A stretch of DNA of 64,000 nucleotides. Source: a virus. The stretch is taken from the IMG/VR virus record IMGVR_UViG_3300045988_089680, positions 1 through 64,000 of that record; one strand, 5' to 3'. Numbering within the stretch: position 1 is the stretch's first letter; every line of letters begins with the position of its first letter. The position numbers and the translations under genes are program-made. Below, piece after piece: positions 27,101 to 37,142 of the stretch. The notes beneath the pieces are model-generated. The model was not told the origin of the DNA. It saw nothing but the letters and a program-made list of their open reading frames with translations, and did not search any database.

Positions 27101-29240
27101 CTATCAGCAGAAACAAGCCATTGCCGAGGAATATGAAGAGAAGATTGCCAAGGCTCAGACGGAAGGCGAAAAGCTCTCCCTTCAGCAACAGAGGAAAAAG
27201 GACCTCCAAGCCATCGAGTTAAACACTATCAGACAGAACATTGACTGGGGAAGCATCTTCGGAGACTTCGGTGCTATGTTCAAGGATCAACTGGAGCCAA
27301 CCATCAAGAAGCTGCAGGAGCTCTCCAAGAGCACAACAGATGTCAACGAACAGAAGACCATACAGGAGCTTATATCCAAGCTACAAGGCTCTGCCACCGT
27401 CTGGGATAGCGATATTTTCAAGAAGGTCTCTGACGACATCAACACCTATCAGTCAGCCATGCAAGGCTATATTGATGCCCAGGAACGAGAAATAAAAGCA
27501 GCAGAAGCAGTCACCAAGGCTCAAGAAGACCTCGCAAAGGCAAAGAAGGGTGGAGACCAAACAAAGATAGACAAGTCAGAGGTAAATCTTGCATTAGCAC
27601 AAAAGAATCTTACTACAGCATCGAACGATGTTAAAACGTTCGGTTCTACAGTACAGAAGGCAACCTCAGACTTACAGACATCTGCTCAGAAGGCAGCCTC
27701 TCAGTTCCAACAGCTTGAAGATGGCTTGCAGGGTCTTACCTCTGGCTCACTCAAAGGCATAGGAAACTCCATTCTTGGCCTTGACAAGCTTTTTGGTGGT
27801 AGTATGCAGAAGGATACAGCCAATACCATTGCTAAGGGTATTCAAGATTTGCTCGGCAAGGACAGCAATGCTGCAAAGGTTCTGACGCAAGCTTTAGGGG
27901 ATAGCGGTTTGGCAGGAGAGATAATATCAGCAATACTTGGAATCCTCGATATTCTCAAAGATGGCTTTGGAACACTCATAAGCAACCTCATGGACACGGT
28001 CTTTGGCACAGTAACTGGCATCCTAGATGATGCTTTATCGGGTGACATCGTTATGAAGCCTTTGAAGAGCATAGGAGACAATGTCTCTCATATCCTCAAC
28101 ACGCTATCATTCGGTGGTTTCAATAGTCTGTTCGGTGGAGACGGTAATGCCAAGAAGGTAAATGACACCATCGAAAGACTCACAGACCGAAATGAACTCC
28201 TGCAACAATCCATCGAGGATTTAACTGACGCAATGGAAAACTCCTATGGCTCCAAGGCAACCTCATACTACGAGCAAGCCTATAAGAATCAGCAGGAGAC
28301 CAATCAAAACTACCTCGACATTGCAAAGGCGCAAGCAAGCTATCACGGTTCTCACCATTCATGGAACGCTTATTGGAGTGGCTTCAGTAGTGAAGAGATG
28401 GAGTGGATCAAGAAGAACGTCAAGTCTGACTTCAATGGCGACCTCTTCTCCCTCAGTCCAGAAGAGATGAAACTTCTCCGTGGAAACGTCGCCATTTGGG
28501 AACACATAGAGAATACTGGTAAGGGTAATTATGGCGGTCGTTTGACAGATAAGCTGAATGACTATATAGACCAAGCTGGTAAGTTAGAGGAGCTGTCAGA
28601 TAAGATGAAGGAGAATCTTACTCAGATTACCTTTGACAGTATGAAGGAAAGCTTTATCTCTGACCTCATGGATATGAATAAGTCAGCACAAGACTTCGCA
28701 GACGATTTCGCAGAAATGATGCAGAAGGCTCTTCTCTCCTACTCCATGGAAGACCTCATCAATGGTGACTTGAAGAAGCTATATGATGATTGGGCAGCTC
28801 TCATGAAGGCTAAAAACGGTCAGCTTACCGACGCAGACATAGAAGATTTCAACAAACGATATGAAGACATCGTTTCGGAGGGAATTAAGCGCAGGGATGA
28901 ATGGTCTAAGGTAACAGGCTTCACTGGAACATCATCCCAGTCTGCTACAAGCGGAGGATGGCAGTCAATGGGACAAGAAACGGCTGATGAACTAAACGGT
29001 CGTTTCACAGCTCTACAGATTGCAGGAGAGAACATTTCCGCTAACATGGTAACCACCGTAGCACAGATGGAAACAATAGTGGCAACTGGAATATCAACAA
29101 ATGGGGCGGTCGTAGAAATCCGTAACATGATGATAATGACCAACAGCTACCTTGAAGACATCGTTAAATACGCTAAGCTCACATACAACGAGTTCGGTAC
29201 TAAGATAGATGATATGAATAAACGATTAAAGGAAATTTGA
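24129..29240 (+). CDS. tail tape measure protein
   Basis: 1703 aa, alpha-helical with low-complexity coiled coil. It has the N-terminal conserved TMP core (STPFDMKGVVDGAKQLLAYGF, GRGIPLTEELAKQFG) and a TM-like segment. Confidence 0.9.
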   Translation: MPGLKFDITGDNSAVLRAFKGVQDGVAQTARVVEQQGQSIENVFNRIKSVASVAVAGFTAKEIISTLGTVRGEFQQFEIAFETMLGSGQKAKGMISDLANLAASTPFDMKGVVDGAKQLLAYGFAANEITDTMRRLGDVSAGLGLNLQDLTWLYGTTMVQGRLFTRDLMQFTGRGIPLTEELAKQFGVTKDKVSELVTAGKVGFPEVKKAIESLTNEGGKFGGLMEKQSHSITGQVSNIKDTIEMAINDLGTQTEGLMNDALDITSTVIDHWKEIGEVILAAASAIGLYKAMAVSVAAFDTATANVGYAAELSALDALLPKKEEVKKTDLEEAVAKGQLSAAQAELVASKREEVAAYVAELQTKAKVMQDEVHVLENKLALQDNEVQSLQDAYDALDDYVSAEVRDTAATNLNTAANERNNIANQLKAAREKAATAATNANTASQGLNTAATARDTATKGIWAQVTLLCEKAQRAWNASMFSSPLFLIAAAIVATTYAVYKLATAESAHEAAVRKSNEAWDEFDNKVKERQQNIESLIRTIQSETATEFEKAEAYQKLSNLAPQLTDQYDQAAIASLDFSKAQKEVAESMDESKYDKAVEDVKKYKDEVSKLQQLLSSDAKYNGGGQGILLSRQLETAEAALDRAEDRLNNIISLRNQAAENAKPIEVRLQEAQENESVRQEIFDFYDEAMTLANDWQSANETINYATGESRLDAFINKAQMEIADLREDIKKNPADLNLRMQESEKTKVLDNLLAMKRNWAVTGATTIPLIFRAQWNTAKQSLNQAKTKAQALVNAGSTETYQQSYNKAQRKYYAAQKKVAAMEKNKSKYTTAQYETAIQDLKAAKDAYSKLGGDVSGNAAKAAATARKTRIKEVNQAIKVREELNNRLKALQQKNTDETISLMQEGTEKKLAQIKNDYAKRKAEIDKQEAEFKKKNKEAGKKEALTSAQSNALSKARDLATQEYNKKLDEVNREALTSMRDYLKEYGSLYQQKQAIAEEYEEKIAKAQTEGEKLSLQQQRKKDLQAIELNTIRQNIDWGSIFGDFGAMFKDQLEPTIKKLQELSKSTTDVNEQKTIQELISKLQGSATVWDSDIFKKVSDDINTYQSAMQGYIDAQEREIKAAEAVTKAQEDLAKAKKGGDQTKIDKSEVNLALAQKNLTTASNDVKTFGSTVQKATSDLQTSAQKAASQFQQLEDGLQGLTSGSLKGIGNSILGLDKLFGGSMQKDTANTIAKGIQDLLGKDSNAAKVLTQALGDSGLAGEIISAILGILDILKDGFGTLISNLMDTVFGTVTGILDDALSGDIVMKPLKSIGDNVSHILNTLSFGGFNSLFGGDGNAKKVNDTIERLTDRNELLQQSIEDLTDAMENSYGSKATSYYEQAYKNQQETNQNYLDIAKAQASYHGSHHSWNAYWSGFSSEEMEWIKKNVKSDFNGDLFSLSPEEMKLLRGNVAIWEHIENTGKGNYGGRLTDKLNDYIDQAGKLEELSDKMKENLTQITFDSMKESFISDLMDMNKSAQDFADDFAEMMQKALLSYSMEDLINGDLKKLYDDWAALMKAKNGQLTDADIEDFNKRYEDIVSEGIKRRDEWSKVTGFTGTSSQSATSGGWQSMGQETADELNGRFTALQIAGENISANMVTTVAQMETIVATGISTNGAVVEIRNMMIMTNSYLEDIVKYAKLTYNEFGTKIDDMNKRLKEI

Positions 29241-29342
29241 CCTACAACGGTTTTTCGCTGCCCAACCCTTATTACTATACTCACAAATAGGAAAAGAGGT
29301 TCACAGCGAAAACCAAGTGGGTCTAAGCTAAAATAATAAGAT

Positions 29343-29804
29343 ATGCCTAAAGGACAACTCATAATAAACGGTAAGGATGCGTTCAGAGAGTATGGAATCT
29401 TCATGGATGATACCGCACTCAGCACACTTATGACACCTGCTCCTAACAAGGAGTTTATAAGTAACAAGTATCGCTCCAAGAATGGAAAGCGTGTTATCAA
29501 GCATAACCCATGCTTGGATGAGCGAGAGATAACGGTAGGATTCCATTTGTCAGCCAAAGACGTTGATTCCTTCTTGTCGAAATATGAGAAGTTCTGCAAC
29601 GAAGTCCTTGCTACTGGAGAAATGGTTATCCATTCTTCCTTTCAGCCTAAAGTATGGTATAGATGCATTTACATATCATGTTCGCAGTTTAGTCAGTTCA
29701 TGAGGGAAATGGCATCATTCAGCCTAAAGCTCAATGAACCAGACCCAAGTGACAGAGGAGAAAAAAGCAAATACGTAACAGATGATACAGATATACAGAA
29801 ATAA
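29343..29804 (+). CDS. putative distal tail protein (Dit-like)
   Basis: 153 aa, the first gene after the TMP. The N-terminus reads LIINGKDAFREYGIFMDD. Confidence 0.45.
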   Translation: MPKGQLIINGKDAFREYGIFMDDTALSTLMTPAPNKEFISNKYRSKNGKRVIKHNPCLDEREITVGFHLSAKDVDSFLSKYEKFCNEVLATGEMVIHSSFQPKVWYRCIYISCSQFSQFMREMASFSLKLNEPDPSDRGEKSKYVTDDTDIQK

Positions 29805-32631
29805 TCAGCCGTTCTTCGCTCTCGAAGATGTTTGTGATGGTTCTAAGATGTCACGGCAGCTTATGGACCATCACTACATCGTCTTGAAGTTTTCTACAGA
29901 AGAGCCAGTCTATTTTGAGATTGGTGACTCTGTGGAGATAGCTGATTTCGGTCTTTTCGTCCTTACATCTGCATACTTCCCGAAGTATAACGAAACCACT
30001 GACGGTTACGACTATGAGCTGCAGATGGATGCCTATTACATGAGCTGGAAGAACAAGATATGTAAGTATCGTCCTCAGTATGGTGCTAACGAGACATCAT
30101 TCAAGCTCACAACATCTGTTTCTGTACACTTAAACGTTGTTCTAAGCAACTTAAAGGCCTTAAACTATAAATACCACAACAAGGATTTCTCAGTCGATTA
30201 CACGACATATAATAAGGAAGTGTTCGACACGGAAAAGAGATTCCTTGTAGAGTATAGTTCAATAAGCATAATAGAAGCTCTCAATACGATATGTGAGACT
30301 CTTGATTGTGAGTGGTGGGTGGATGGTTCTATCATATACCTTGGTTACTGTGAAATGAATGGACAGATAACCTTTGAACAAGGGGTTAATATGCTGTCTA
30401 TGTCACAATCAGAATCAAAATCATCTTTCATCACTCGACTGTACGCTTTCGGATCAGACAAGAACATACCTTCGGGATATTTCTCAGGAGCTGACGCAGA
30501 TGTGACTACAGACGGTATAGCTACTGATTACCTCATGCTTCCAAACAAGGACGTTGACGAAGAAGGCTATTACAGTAAAGATGGGTATATCGAGAATGTA
30601 AATGTGGTCAAGAGTGATTCACAAGCCATCGAAGGAGTAGTAAAGTTTGAAGATGAATACCCTAAAGTGAGTTGTGTTGTAAGTGCCATAAAAACGTATG
30701 AAAGTACGGTAGATAATGAAGATGGAACTAAAAATACAGCTACATTCTGGCAAGTAACATCAAATGACTCTTTTGCAACGAATTTCGAAACGAGTTGGAT
30801 AAAGAAGGGACTCAACCTTATGATTAGGTTTGAGAGCGGTGCGCTAACAGGGATGGAATTTGAGGTAAGCTTCAAGATAATAGACAATGTTAACTATTTC
30901 GAGATTGTTGCCAACGATACATACGGTCGCACACTACCAGATTCTGTAATGTGTCCGAAGATAAGTGATAAGTTCCATCTCTACAACTGGGACGCAAGTA
31001 AGATAACAGATACACCTCTAATCTCAGATGCGCAAGAAGCCTTGTATGCCAGAGCGAAGAACTACTACAAGAAATCAATGGTGGATAACTCCAACTTCAC
31101 CTGTGTTCTTGATAGTGAGAAGTTCTTCAACAACGGAACATACAACTATCACCCTCTTGGCGAGCAAGTGAAGCTCATCAATCCGTTGTTTTCGGAGACA
31201 GATAAGGATGGTAAGCATTATCGTAACTCTCGTATCATAGGTATCGAAATCAAATTGGACATACCTTATGACAGTCCAACCTACATAGTGGGCGAGAAAG
31301 CAGCCTATAGTCGTCTTGGTCAACTTGAAGACAAGGTTAACTCTATAACAGTCAATGGACAACAAATCGGAGGTGCATCAGGTGGTGGAGGAGTCTATAT
31401 TATCGGAATGAATGACACTACACCAGAGACCGATAGTAATGTCTACTCTGCACGACGTACACGTAATAGTTTCCTTTCCAAGGTTCGAGCGGACACGGCA
31501 ATGGGTCTTATCAACTTCGCTAAAGGCCTTGTCTCAAAGGAGACTGCAAGCCTACATGAAGGCGCACAGTTCGGAGAATCCTTTGCCGATGGTCAAGCAG
31601 GTTTCGGTGGAAAGATAGACGGTCGAGGTGTGGGCTATCTTGAATCCCTCACACTGCGTTCATTTATGGAAGCTCCTGAGTATCGCTTCAACCGCATATC
31701 AATACGAGTTGGTAACGACTGGAGAGCGGCAGGAGGTGGTATTATAGAGAGTGTAGAGATAGACCATGATGAGGGAGGAAACGAGCTGCAGAGAGGCACA
31801 GTATACTTGCATCTTGAAGAAGGTGAGATTGGAAAGATAGCAGTTGACGACATCTGTCAAGGAATATGGCACGACCACATTACGCTGGCCAACAATTCCA
31901 CAGGCGACTACGACGATGGTATAGGCAACTTCCGCTTCGGTGGCTTCTTCACCGCCTACTTCCGTATAGTAGAGGTTATGAGCGTGAATGGAGGTATCAA
32001 CAACGCATTCCGTTACGTCCTCAGAAGTGACAAACACTGGAAAGCCTTACATCACCCTGCAAGCATGATGCACTTCGTTGCTTACGGTAACTTCTCGGAT
32101 AAGACAAGACAAAGCTCTCGCTACTCTACCCTTACCTACGAGCGTTATCTGAAGGACGTGAACGACTGGGAGTTTACAGAGAACATGATAGCCGCACAAT
32201 TTGGAGACCTGTCTAATCTTAGCATTTTCGGTCTCAACATGAAGGGCTATTCTGCTTACCTCAACAACATCTACATGTCGGGAACAATTCAGCAGTTTGT
32301 AAAGCTCGGCAGGAAGATGCACATCGACCAAAGCCTCGGTGGTTACATGGCACCAGGCGAGGTTGAAACAGTTACGGTGAGCGTCCTTGACGGTTATATG
32401 CAAGACCACACAGAAGAATATACATTCATGGTGGAGCGAAACACAGGCGACACGGCAGCTGATGATGTTTGGAACGCGATGCCGGAACATATAAACTGCG
32501 GTTCTACGTTTGAAATCTCGTTTGAGGACTTGCACATCAACCCAAATCACGGAGGTATAAGCACCTTATTTTATGTGACAGCCGACAACGGCAAAGAAGG
32601 AGAGAGGGTGTCTACAGCAATAGAATATTAA
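29782..32631 (+). CDS. putative tail-associated/baseplate hub protein (Tal-like)
   Basis: 949 aa, following Dit with a 23-nt overlap. Confidence 0.45.
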   Translation: MIQIYRNNQPFFALEDVCDGSKMSRQLMDHHYIVLKFSTEEPVYFEIGDSVEIADFGLFVLTSAYFPKYNETTDGYDYELQMDAYYMSWKNKICKYRPQYGANETSFKLTTSVSVHLNVVLSNLKALNYKYHNKDFSVDYTTYNKEVFDTEKRFLVEYSSISIIEALNTICETLDCEWWVDGSIIYLGYCEMNGQITFEQGVNMLSMSQSESKSSFITRLYAFGSDKNIPSGYFSGADADVTTDGIATDYLMLPNKDVDEEGYYSKDGYIENVNVVKSDSQAIEGVVKFEDEYPKVSCVVSAIKTYESTVDNEDGTKNTATFWQVTSNDSFATNFETSWIKKGLNLMIRFESGALTGMEFEVSFKIIDNVNYFEIVANDTYGRTLPDSVMCPKISDKFHLYNWDASKITDTPLISDAQEALYARAKNYYKKSMVDNSNFTCVLDSEKFFNNGTYNYHPLGEQVKLINPLFSETDKDGKHYRNSRIIGIEIKLDIPYDSPTYIVGEKAAYSRLGQLEDKVNSITVNGQQIGGASGGGGVYIIGMNDTTPETDSNVYSARRTRNSFLSKVRADTAMGLINFAKGLVSKETASLHEGAQFGESFADGQAGFGGKIDGRGVGYLESLTLRSFMEAPEYRFNRISIRVGNDWRAAGGGIIESVEIDHDEGGNELQRGTVYLHLEEGEIGKIAVDDICQGIWHDHITLANNSTGDYDDGIGNFRFGGFFTAYFRIVEVMSVNGGINNAFRYVLRSDKHWKALHHPASMMHFVAYGNFSDKTRQSSRYSTLTYERYLKDVNDWEFTENMIAAQFGDLSNLSIFGLNMKGYSAYLNNIYMSGTIQQFVKLGRKMHIDQSLGGYMAPGEVETVTVSVLDGYMQDHTEEYTFMVERNTGDTAADDVWNAMPEHINCGSTFEISFEDLHINPNHGGISTLFYVTADNGKEGERVSTAIEY

Positions 32632-32650
32632 TTTATAAACATTATACAGA

Positions 32651-33922
32651 ATGGCTAATAAAAAAAGAACATTTCAGTCGCAACGCAAGCACACACGACT
32701 TGACTTCTCGCCATTGGTAATAAGTTGCTCGTTGGTGTGTATCACGCCTGATTCGCCTACGGCACAAGCTGCAAACACGGCACTTGGGCAGTATGAGCCA
32801 GACCGCAAGATTACCCCAACTATAATCCGACCAGAAGTAAGAGTGAATGACCCCGATGGTATATACACATCGGGAATTAACAACATCAATCTTGCAAGCG
32901 ACCAGCATGAGTGGTTTATTAACTCTAAACCTATCGCAACCGTATGGAAAGTTGGCATTGACTACGACATTATCAAGGACAACACAGACGACAACGGCAG
33001 TCTGAAGGTTAAGAAAAACCTTGTGCCTGGAGAAGTGGCAGAGCTACGCTATAGAGGTAAATTCTACGATTTCCGAACAGGTACTAACAACAATGTCAGC
33101 GGAAGCGGAATAGTGTTGACAACAACAGACAAGGGCAGTAACAAAATTGATTGCTCTGTTGATTGTGAGTTGCTGACATACGACCCCCTCAAAGACGAGT
33201 TGTTGTTTTACGAGTTCCTTGTAGCTGAGGGTATCGAGCAAGAAGGACAACGTGACAAATTTGTTAACGGTAAAAGCTATGAGCGTACCGTGACAGTTAT
33301 ACTCACATCGGGAACATCAACGCTGACTGAACTGCCTAAAGGTTGGACAATGCGCCTTGTTGAGCGAGGAAAGACAACAGCACTTACCGCAAACACGCTT
33401 GACAGACCTGAAATCACGGCTATCAACTTCCCAACAATCAAGTTTGACCTTCGTTTTGTTTGGAGTGAGCAATATGAAGTGCAAATACTTGACGCTAATG
33501 GCAATGTTCAAGCAAGTACGGGTATCAGTATTATACGCAATATGAGTATTCTGACACAGCATGAGGTGGCGAGAGGAAATGACATTGTGCCTGGACAGCA
33601 GCGTTACTTTAACAAGGGTATATTTTCAGCAGGAAGTCAGCTTATACAATACCCTCAGCTCTACTATGAGATACAATGGTGGACGCAAGCAAGAGTGTAC
33701 GACACGGTAACAAGCTCATACAAGTACGCGGACCGCATAAACCGTCAGATTGGCGAAAGTATGGAATGTAGCGTTGAATCATTGGGAATAGGTAATGAGA
33801 AGAACCTTTGTTGGTTTGACGTGGCAATGGACATTGAAGAGCGTGAACCTGCAACAATACTCACAACGGAAGATGCAAACACAGTACTCACAGATGAGAA
33901 TGGCAATGTGCTTTTTTTCTAA
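32651..33922 (+). CDS. putative baseplate/tail fibre component
   Basis: 423 aa, in the tail-tip cluster. Confidence 0.35.
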   Translation: MANKKRTFQSQRKHTRLDFSPLVISCSLVCITPDSPTAQAANTALGQYEPDRKITPTIIRPEVRVNDPDGIYTSGINNINLASDQHEWFINSKPIATVWKVGIDYDIIKDNTDDNGSLKVKKNLVPGEVAELRYRGKFYDFRTGTNNNVSGSGIVLTTTDKGSNKIDCSVDCELLTYDPLKDELLFYEFLVAEGIEQEGQRDKFVNGKSYERTVTVILTSGTSTLTELPKGWTMRLVERGKTTALTANTLDRPEITAINFPTIKFDLRFVWSEQYEVQILDANGNVQASTGISIIRNMSILTQHEVARGNDIVPGQQRYFNKGIFSAGSQLIQYPQLYYEIQWWTQARVYDTVTSSYKYADRINRQIGESMECSVESLGIGNEKNLCWFDVAMDIEEREPATILTTEDANTVLTDENGNVLFF

Positions 33923-33936
33923 GAATAAAGTTAAAT

Positions 33937-34149
33937 ATGAGATACGCAATAGTAGATACAGAGAAGGCAGAAGCCAAAGGGCTTAAAGCAAAATACCATA
34001 TTACGAACAACACACGTTCGAAAATGGCAGTGAATGAAAACGAATTGCTCAAGATTGAAAGTGACCCTGCCACAGCTGCACGTCAGCTGGGTGGTGAGCT
34101 TTTAGAATATGAGCAGTTCAAGTCAAAACTTAACAAATGGGACGAGTAA
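33937..34149 (+). CDS. hypothetical protein
   Basis: 70-aa ORF. Confidence 0.35.
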   Translation: MRYAIVDTEKAEAKGLKAKYHITNNTRSKMAVNENELLKIESDPATAARQLGGELLEYEQFKSKLNKWDE

Positions 34150-34152
34150 CAT

Positions 34153-35259
34153 ATGGGTAACACAGTTAAAGGAGCGTTCACGGTGCGCTTTCTCCGAACA
34201 GGAGACCAAATCTTTATAGTTAAGAACGTCGTAAAATTCGACCAGAAAGGAACTGAGAGTGGAGCTGCTTTGTTTCAGGCGATAGATCCTACGAACGGCA
34301 CTTTGTCAGCAGATTGGAAAACAGACATCTACAATCAGCCTGCGCTCAAAGTAGGTCTTAGCAGTGCTGTAGGCAATCCTGTAACGATAACTAACATCAA
34401 GTGGACCTACAGAGGTGTGGAGCTTGCATTTAACGCAAGTGCGGCAACAAGTGGCAACTATGTAGGATGGCAGCTTTCAACGGACGGTAAATTTGCTAAA
34501 AAGGAGACAGACGGTTACTGCTATCTCCGTTTTATCGACAATGCTGCAAGTCCTTCGGTGGTGTCTAACCAAATCATCGGCTTTGAAATTAGCTATATAT
34601 GCAACAATGTGCGTGACACATACAAAGGCTCAGAAGATGTACTTATACAGGAAGCAGGTGCTGACAGCTACTCAGTGATTATAAGCACGAACATTGTATC
34701 ACTCGAAGCAACCCAAAACACAGAAACAACTCTAACAGCTCGATGTATGTACGGTGTAAAGGACATAGCAGACGATGAGTTTACTGCAAATTGGAAACTG
34801 GAATGGTACAAGGACTTTGTTCTTATTGAAGGTCAGAATGAAAAAACGCTCACGGTGACACGTGACGATGTTGACGGTAGCTCTGTATATAGCGTTAAGC
34901 TCCTGCATAAGGAAGGAGACGCATGGGTAGTGAAAGCTGTTGATGCACAGAGAATAACAGATGAGTCGGACGAGTGGCAGATTAAAGCGACACCAGACGG
35001 TACAAATCCCGATGCCATCTCAAAGACGAGCAATGCAAAATATTTGCTCACCCTAACCCAGAATGGTTCTCCGTACACTAACAGTACAATCACGTGGAGT
35101 TGGGAGGTATGGAATGCTATCAATGTTAAGACATACACAGGCTCAGGCTCAAGCGTGACTCTTACAGCGGATATGGCAAAATGTATACCCGACACGAGTA
35201 ATACCGACAAATACTATCACTCAGATGTAGCAGTTGAAGTGGAAGCAACAATATCGTAA
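34153..35259 (+). CDS. putative tail fibre/structural protein
   Basis: 368 aa, beta-rich, in the tail-tip cluster. Confidence 0.35.
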   Translation: MGNTVKGAFTVRFLRTGDQIFIVKNVVKFDQKGTESGAALFQAIDPTNGTLSADWKTDIYNQPALKVGLSSAVGNPVTITNIKWTYRGVELAFNASAATSGNYVGWQLSTDGKFAKKETDGYCYLRFIDNAASPSVVSNQIIGFEISYICNNVRDTYKGSEDVLIQEAGADSYSVIISTNIVSLEATQNTETTLTARCMYGVKDIADDEFTANWKLEWYKDFVLIEGQNEKTLTVTRDDVDGSSVYSVKLLHKEGDAWVVKAVDAQRITDESDEWQIKATPDGTNPDAISKTSNAKYLLTLTQNGSPYTNSTITWSWEVWNAINVKTYTGSGSSVTLTADMAKCIPDTSNTDKYYHSDVAVEVEATIS

Positions 35260-35280
35260 TTATTTAAAAAAACAACAAAT

Positions 35281-36663
35281 ATGACAGCATTCAGCAAAAT
35301 TACAGAACGAGGACTATCATCAAGTCTTAACGAAACGGATTACATAATGGTTGTGGCAGGTGGCTCGCTCAAGCGAATCACTCTCGCCAATCTCAGAGCG
35401 ATGATGGAGGAAAACCAGCAGCAGTTCTTGGACGAGAACGCATTTTATATCGAAGAAAACACGGCATCGAGCAAAGGAAGTACAAGCTGCGACACTGGCG
35501 GCAGCAGCCTTATGCGTCAGATATGGCTATCTAAGATTACTGGCATCCTAATGTCTCCCGATGGTCACTATACACGTCTGAATCCCAAGGACCACCGATA
35601 TACAGCAGATGGCGACCAAGTCGTGAGCAACGGAGTGGTTGTGGCTGCATATCAAAAAGCAGACTGGTTCGGCATGTTGGACGGTGGTTATTGGAACTTT
35701 ATACAAGAGGTGGTTATCAGCGGTGTTAAGCACCTTCGTCACCACATATCGCTCACTCCATTGCCCGGTGGATGGTACACTAAGAACGTACCTGTAGGCA
35801 TGTTTAAATGCTTTATGCAGAATAACCAGTTGCGAAGCATTCCATTTGTAGTACCTACTGGAAGTCAGAAGATAAACAATTTCTTCAACCTTGCGCAAGC
35901 ACGAAACAAAAATTATGGTTTGGCTGGCGAGCCTTTCCGCAATTTCCTGCTACAGTACATGATGGCTAAGTATGGATATCGTGATATACAGAACCTAACA
36001 GCTAAGGATGGTACTAAGATTTTCGGTCCAGGTCTGGATGGAACAGAAAAAAGCGCAACATCAACATTAGCAGACGGATTCGAACGACAGAAGAATATCA
36101 AGACAGGCGCGTGTCTCGCTCTTGGTTACAATGATGGCAAAGTTGAAGTCAAGGATGCAGATAATTACGCATGTCACAGTGTAAACGTAGGAGTATGGGA
36201 AAATCCATACGGTCAGTATTGGGAAACAGACGGACACTTATGCTCAGTAGGTACAACAGTGTATCAGTGGGACAGTAACTTTATGCCGAGTATTGATAAA
36301 CCTACGGTAGACACATTTGCAACGGTTGATTGCCGTAAGCTTACAATACTGTCATCAAAAGAATGGGTTTCTAATCATGAGATAACGCTTGTCACAACGG
36401 CAGGAGCACAGTACATGAGCTATGTGCCAATTGTTGAAAAGAATGGCATTAGCTATAATGATGGCTATTCATACTCTGCTAATGGTCAGCTGTGGCTGTG
36501 TGGCGGTTTCTCGGACGCCGCTTCGGATTGCGGTCTCGAGCGTGCGCACTCGGGTAGCGCTTGGGCGGCCGCGAGCTCGTACGTCTCGGCTCGGCTTGAT
36601 TATCATGGCGAGATTAAAGAGGTTACCTCAGCAGAACTCAAAAAGATACTCGCAAGTGCATAG
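35281..36663 (+). CDS. DGR target protein (putative receptor-binding tail fibre protein with a C-type-lectin/FGE-like variable C-terminus)
   Basis: 460 aa. The C-terminal GQLWLCGGFSDAASDCGLERAHSGSAWAAASSYVSARL is encoded by the VR. Confidence 0.75.
   Translation: MTAFSKITERGLSSSLNETDYIMVVAGGSLKRITLANLRAMMEENQQQFLDENAFYIEENTASSKGSTSCDTGGSSLMRQIWLSKITGILMSPDGHYTRLNPKDHRYTADGDQVVSNGVVVAAYQKADWFGMLDGGYWNFIQEVVISGVKHLRHHISLTPLPGGWYTKNVPVGMFKCFMQNNQLRSIPFVVPTGSQKINNFFNLAQARNKNYGLAGEPFRNFLLQYMMAKYGYRDIQNLTAKDGTKIFGPGLDGTEKSATSTLADGFERQKNIKTGACLALGYNDGKVEVKDADNYACHSVNVGVWENPYGQYWETDGHLCSVGTTVYQWDSNFMPSIDKPTVDTFATVDCRKLTILSSKEWVSNHEITLVTTAGAQYMSYVPIVEKNGISYNDGYSYSANGQLWLCGGFSDAASDCGLERAHSGSAWAAASSYVSARLDYHGEIKEVTSAELKKILASA
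36488..36597 (+). repeat. DGR variable repeat (VR)
   Basis: Aligns without gaps to 36774-36883 at an offset of 286. Of the differences, 11 fall at TR adenines and 1 at a TR thymine. Confidence 0.85.
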
Positions 36664-36690
36664 AAATTATTAAAATCTCCCCAAGGGGGT

Positions 36691-36710
36691 GTGGGGGATA
36701 AATCCCCCAC
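36691..36710 (+). other. GC hairpin downstream of the VR/target stop
   Basis: gtggggg-ataaat-cccccac, a 7-bp stem flanked by further G5/C5 runs. Confidence 0.5.
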
Positions 36711-36773
36711 TCAAATCATACCCCCAAAAACTCCTTGCCCAAGCTCGTGGCAAGGTAGGCAAAGGATAAGGAT

Positions 36774-36883
36774 AGCTGTGGCTGTGTGGCGGTTACTCGG
36801 ACGCCGCTTCGGATTGCGGTCTCGAGCGTGCGAACTCGAATAACGCTTGGGCGTACACGAGCTCGTACATCTCGGCTCGAATT
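36774..36883 (+). repeat. DGR template repeat (TR)
   Basis: Non-coding copy of the VR. It carries AAC/AAT/TAC codon equivalents where the VR differs. Confidence 0.85.
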
Positions 36884-37142
36884 ACTTCAACGTCTTTCGG
36901 AAACGGAGGACGAAATATAAGGACATTAGTACTGCGTCATGGGAAAATGTCCGCCTTATCTGAGCCTCGGCAGCTGGTGCATAAGTATAGCCAGTGATTA
37001 GCCGGAACAAATCGAACTTGCGCAGGCAACGTCAGCGACCTGCCAGTGGTGTTAGTAAATCCAAATTGGAAGTTGAAAGCTCTGCACAGAGAGAAGCAAG
37101 CTACCGATAAAAAATACGAGTTACTTGAAAACACGAAAGACA

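Noticed and set aside
37046-37142. Upstream extension of the RT ORF, and the antisense ORF 36937-37143.
   Set aside because: The region belongs to the TR-RT spacer. The extension starts at a non-ATG codon and lacks RT-family N-terminal features. MPKRQGYIYD at 37143 is the plausible start.
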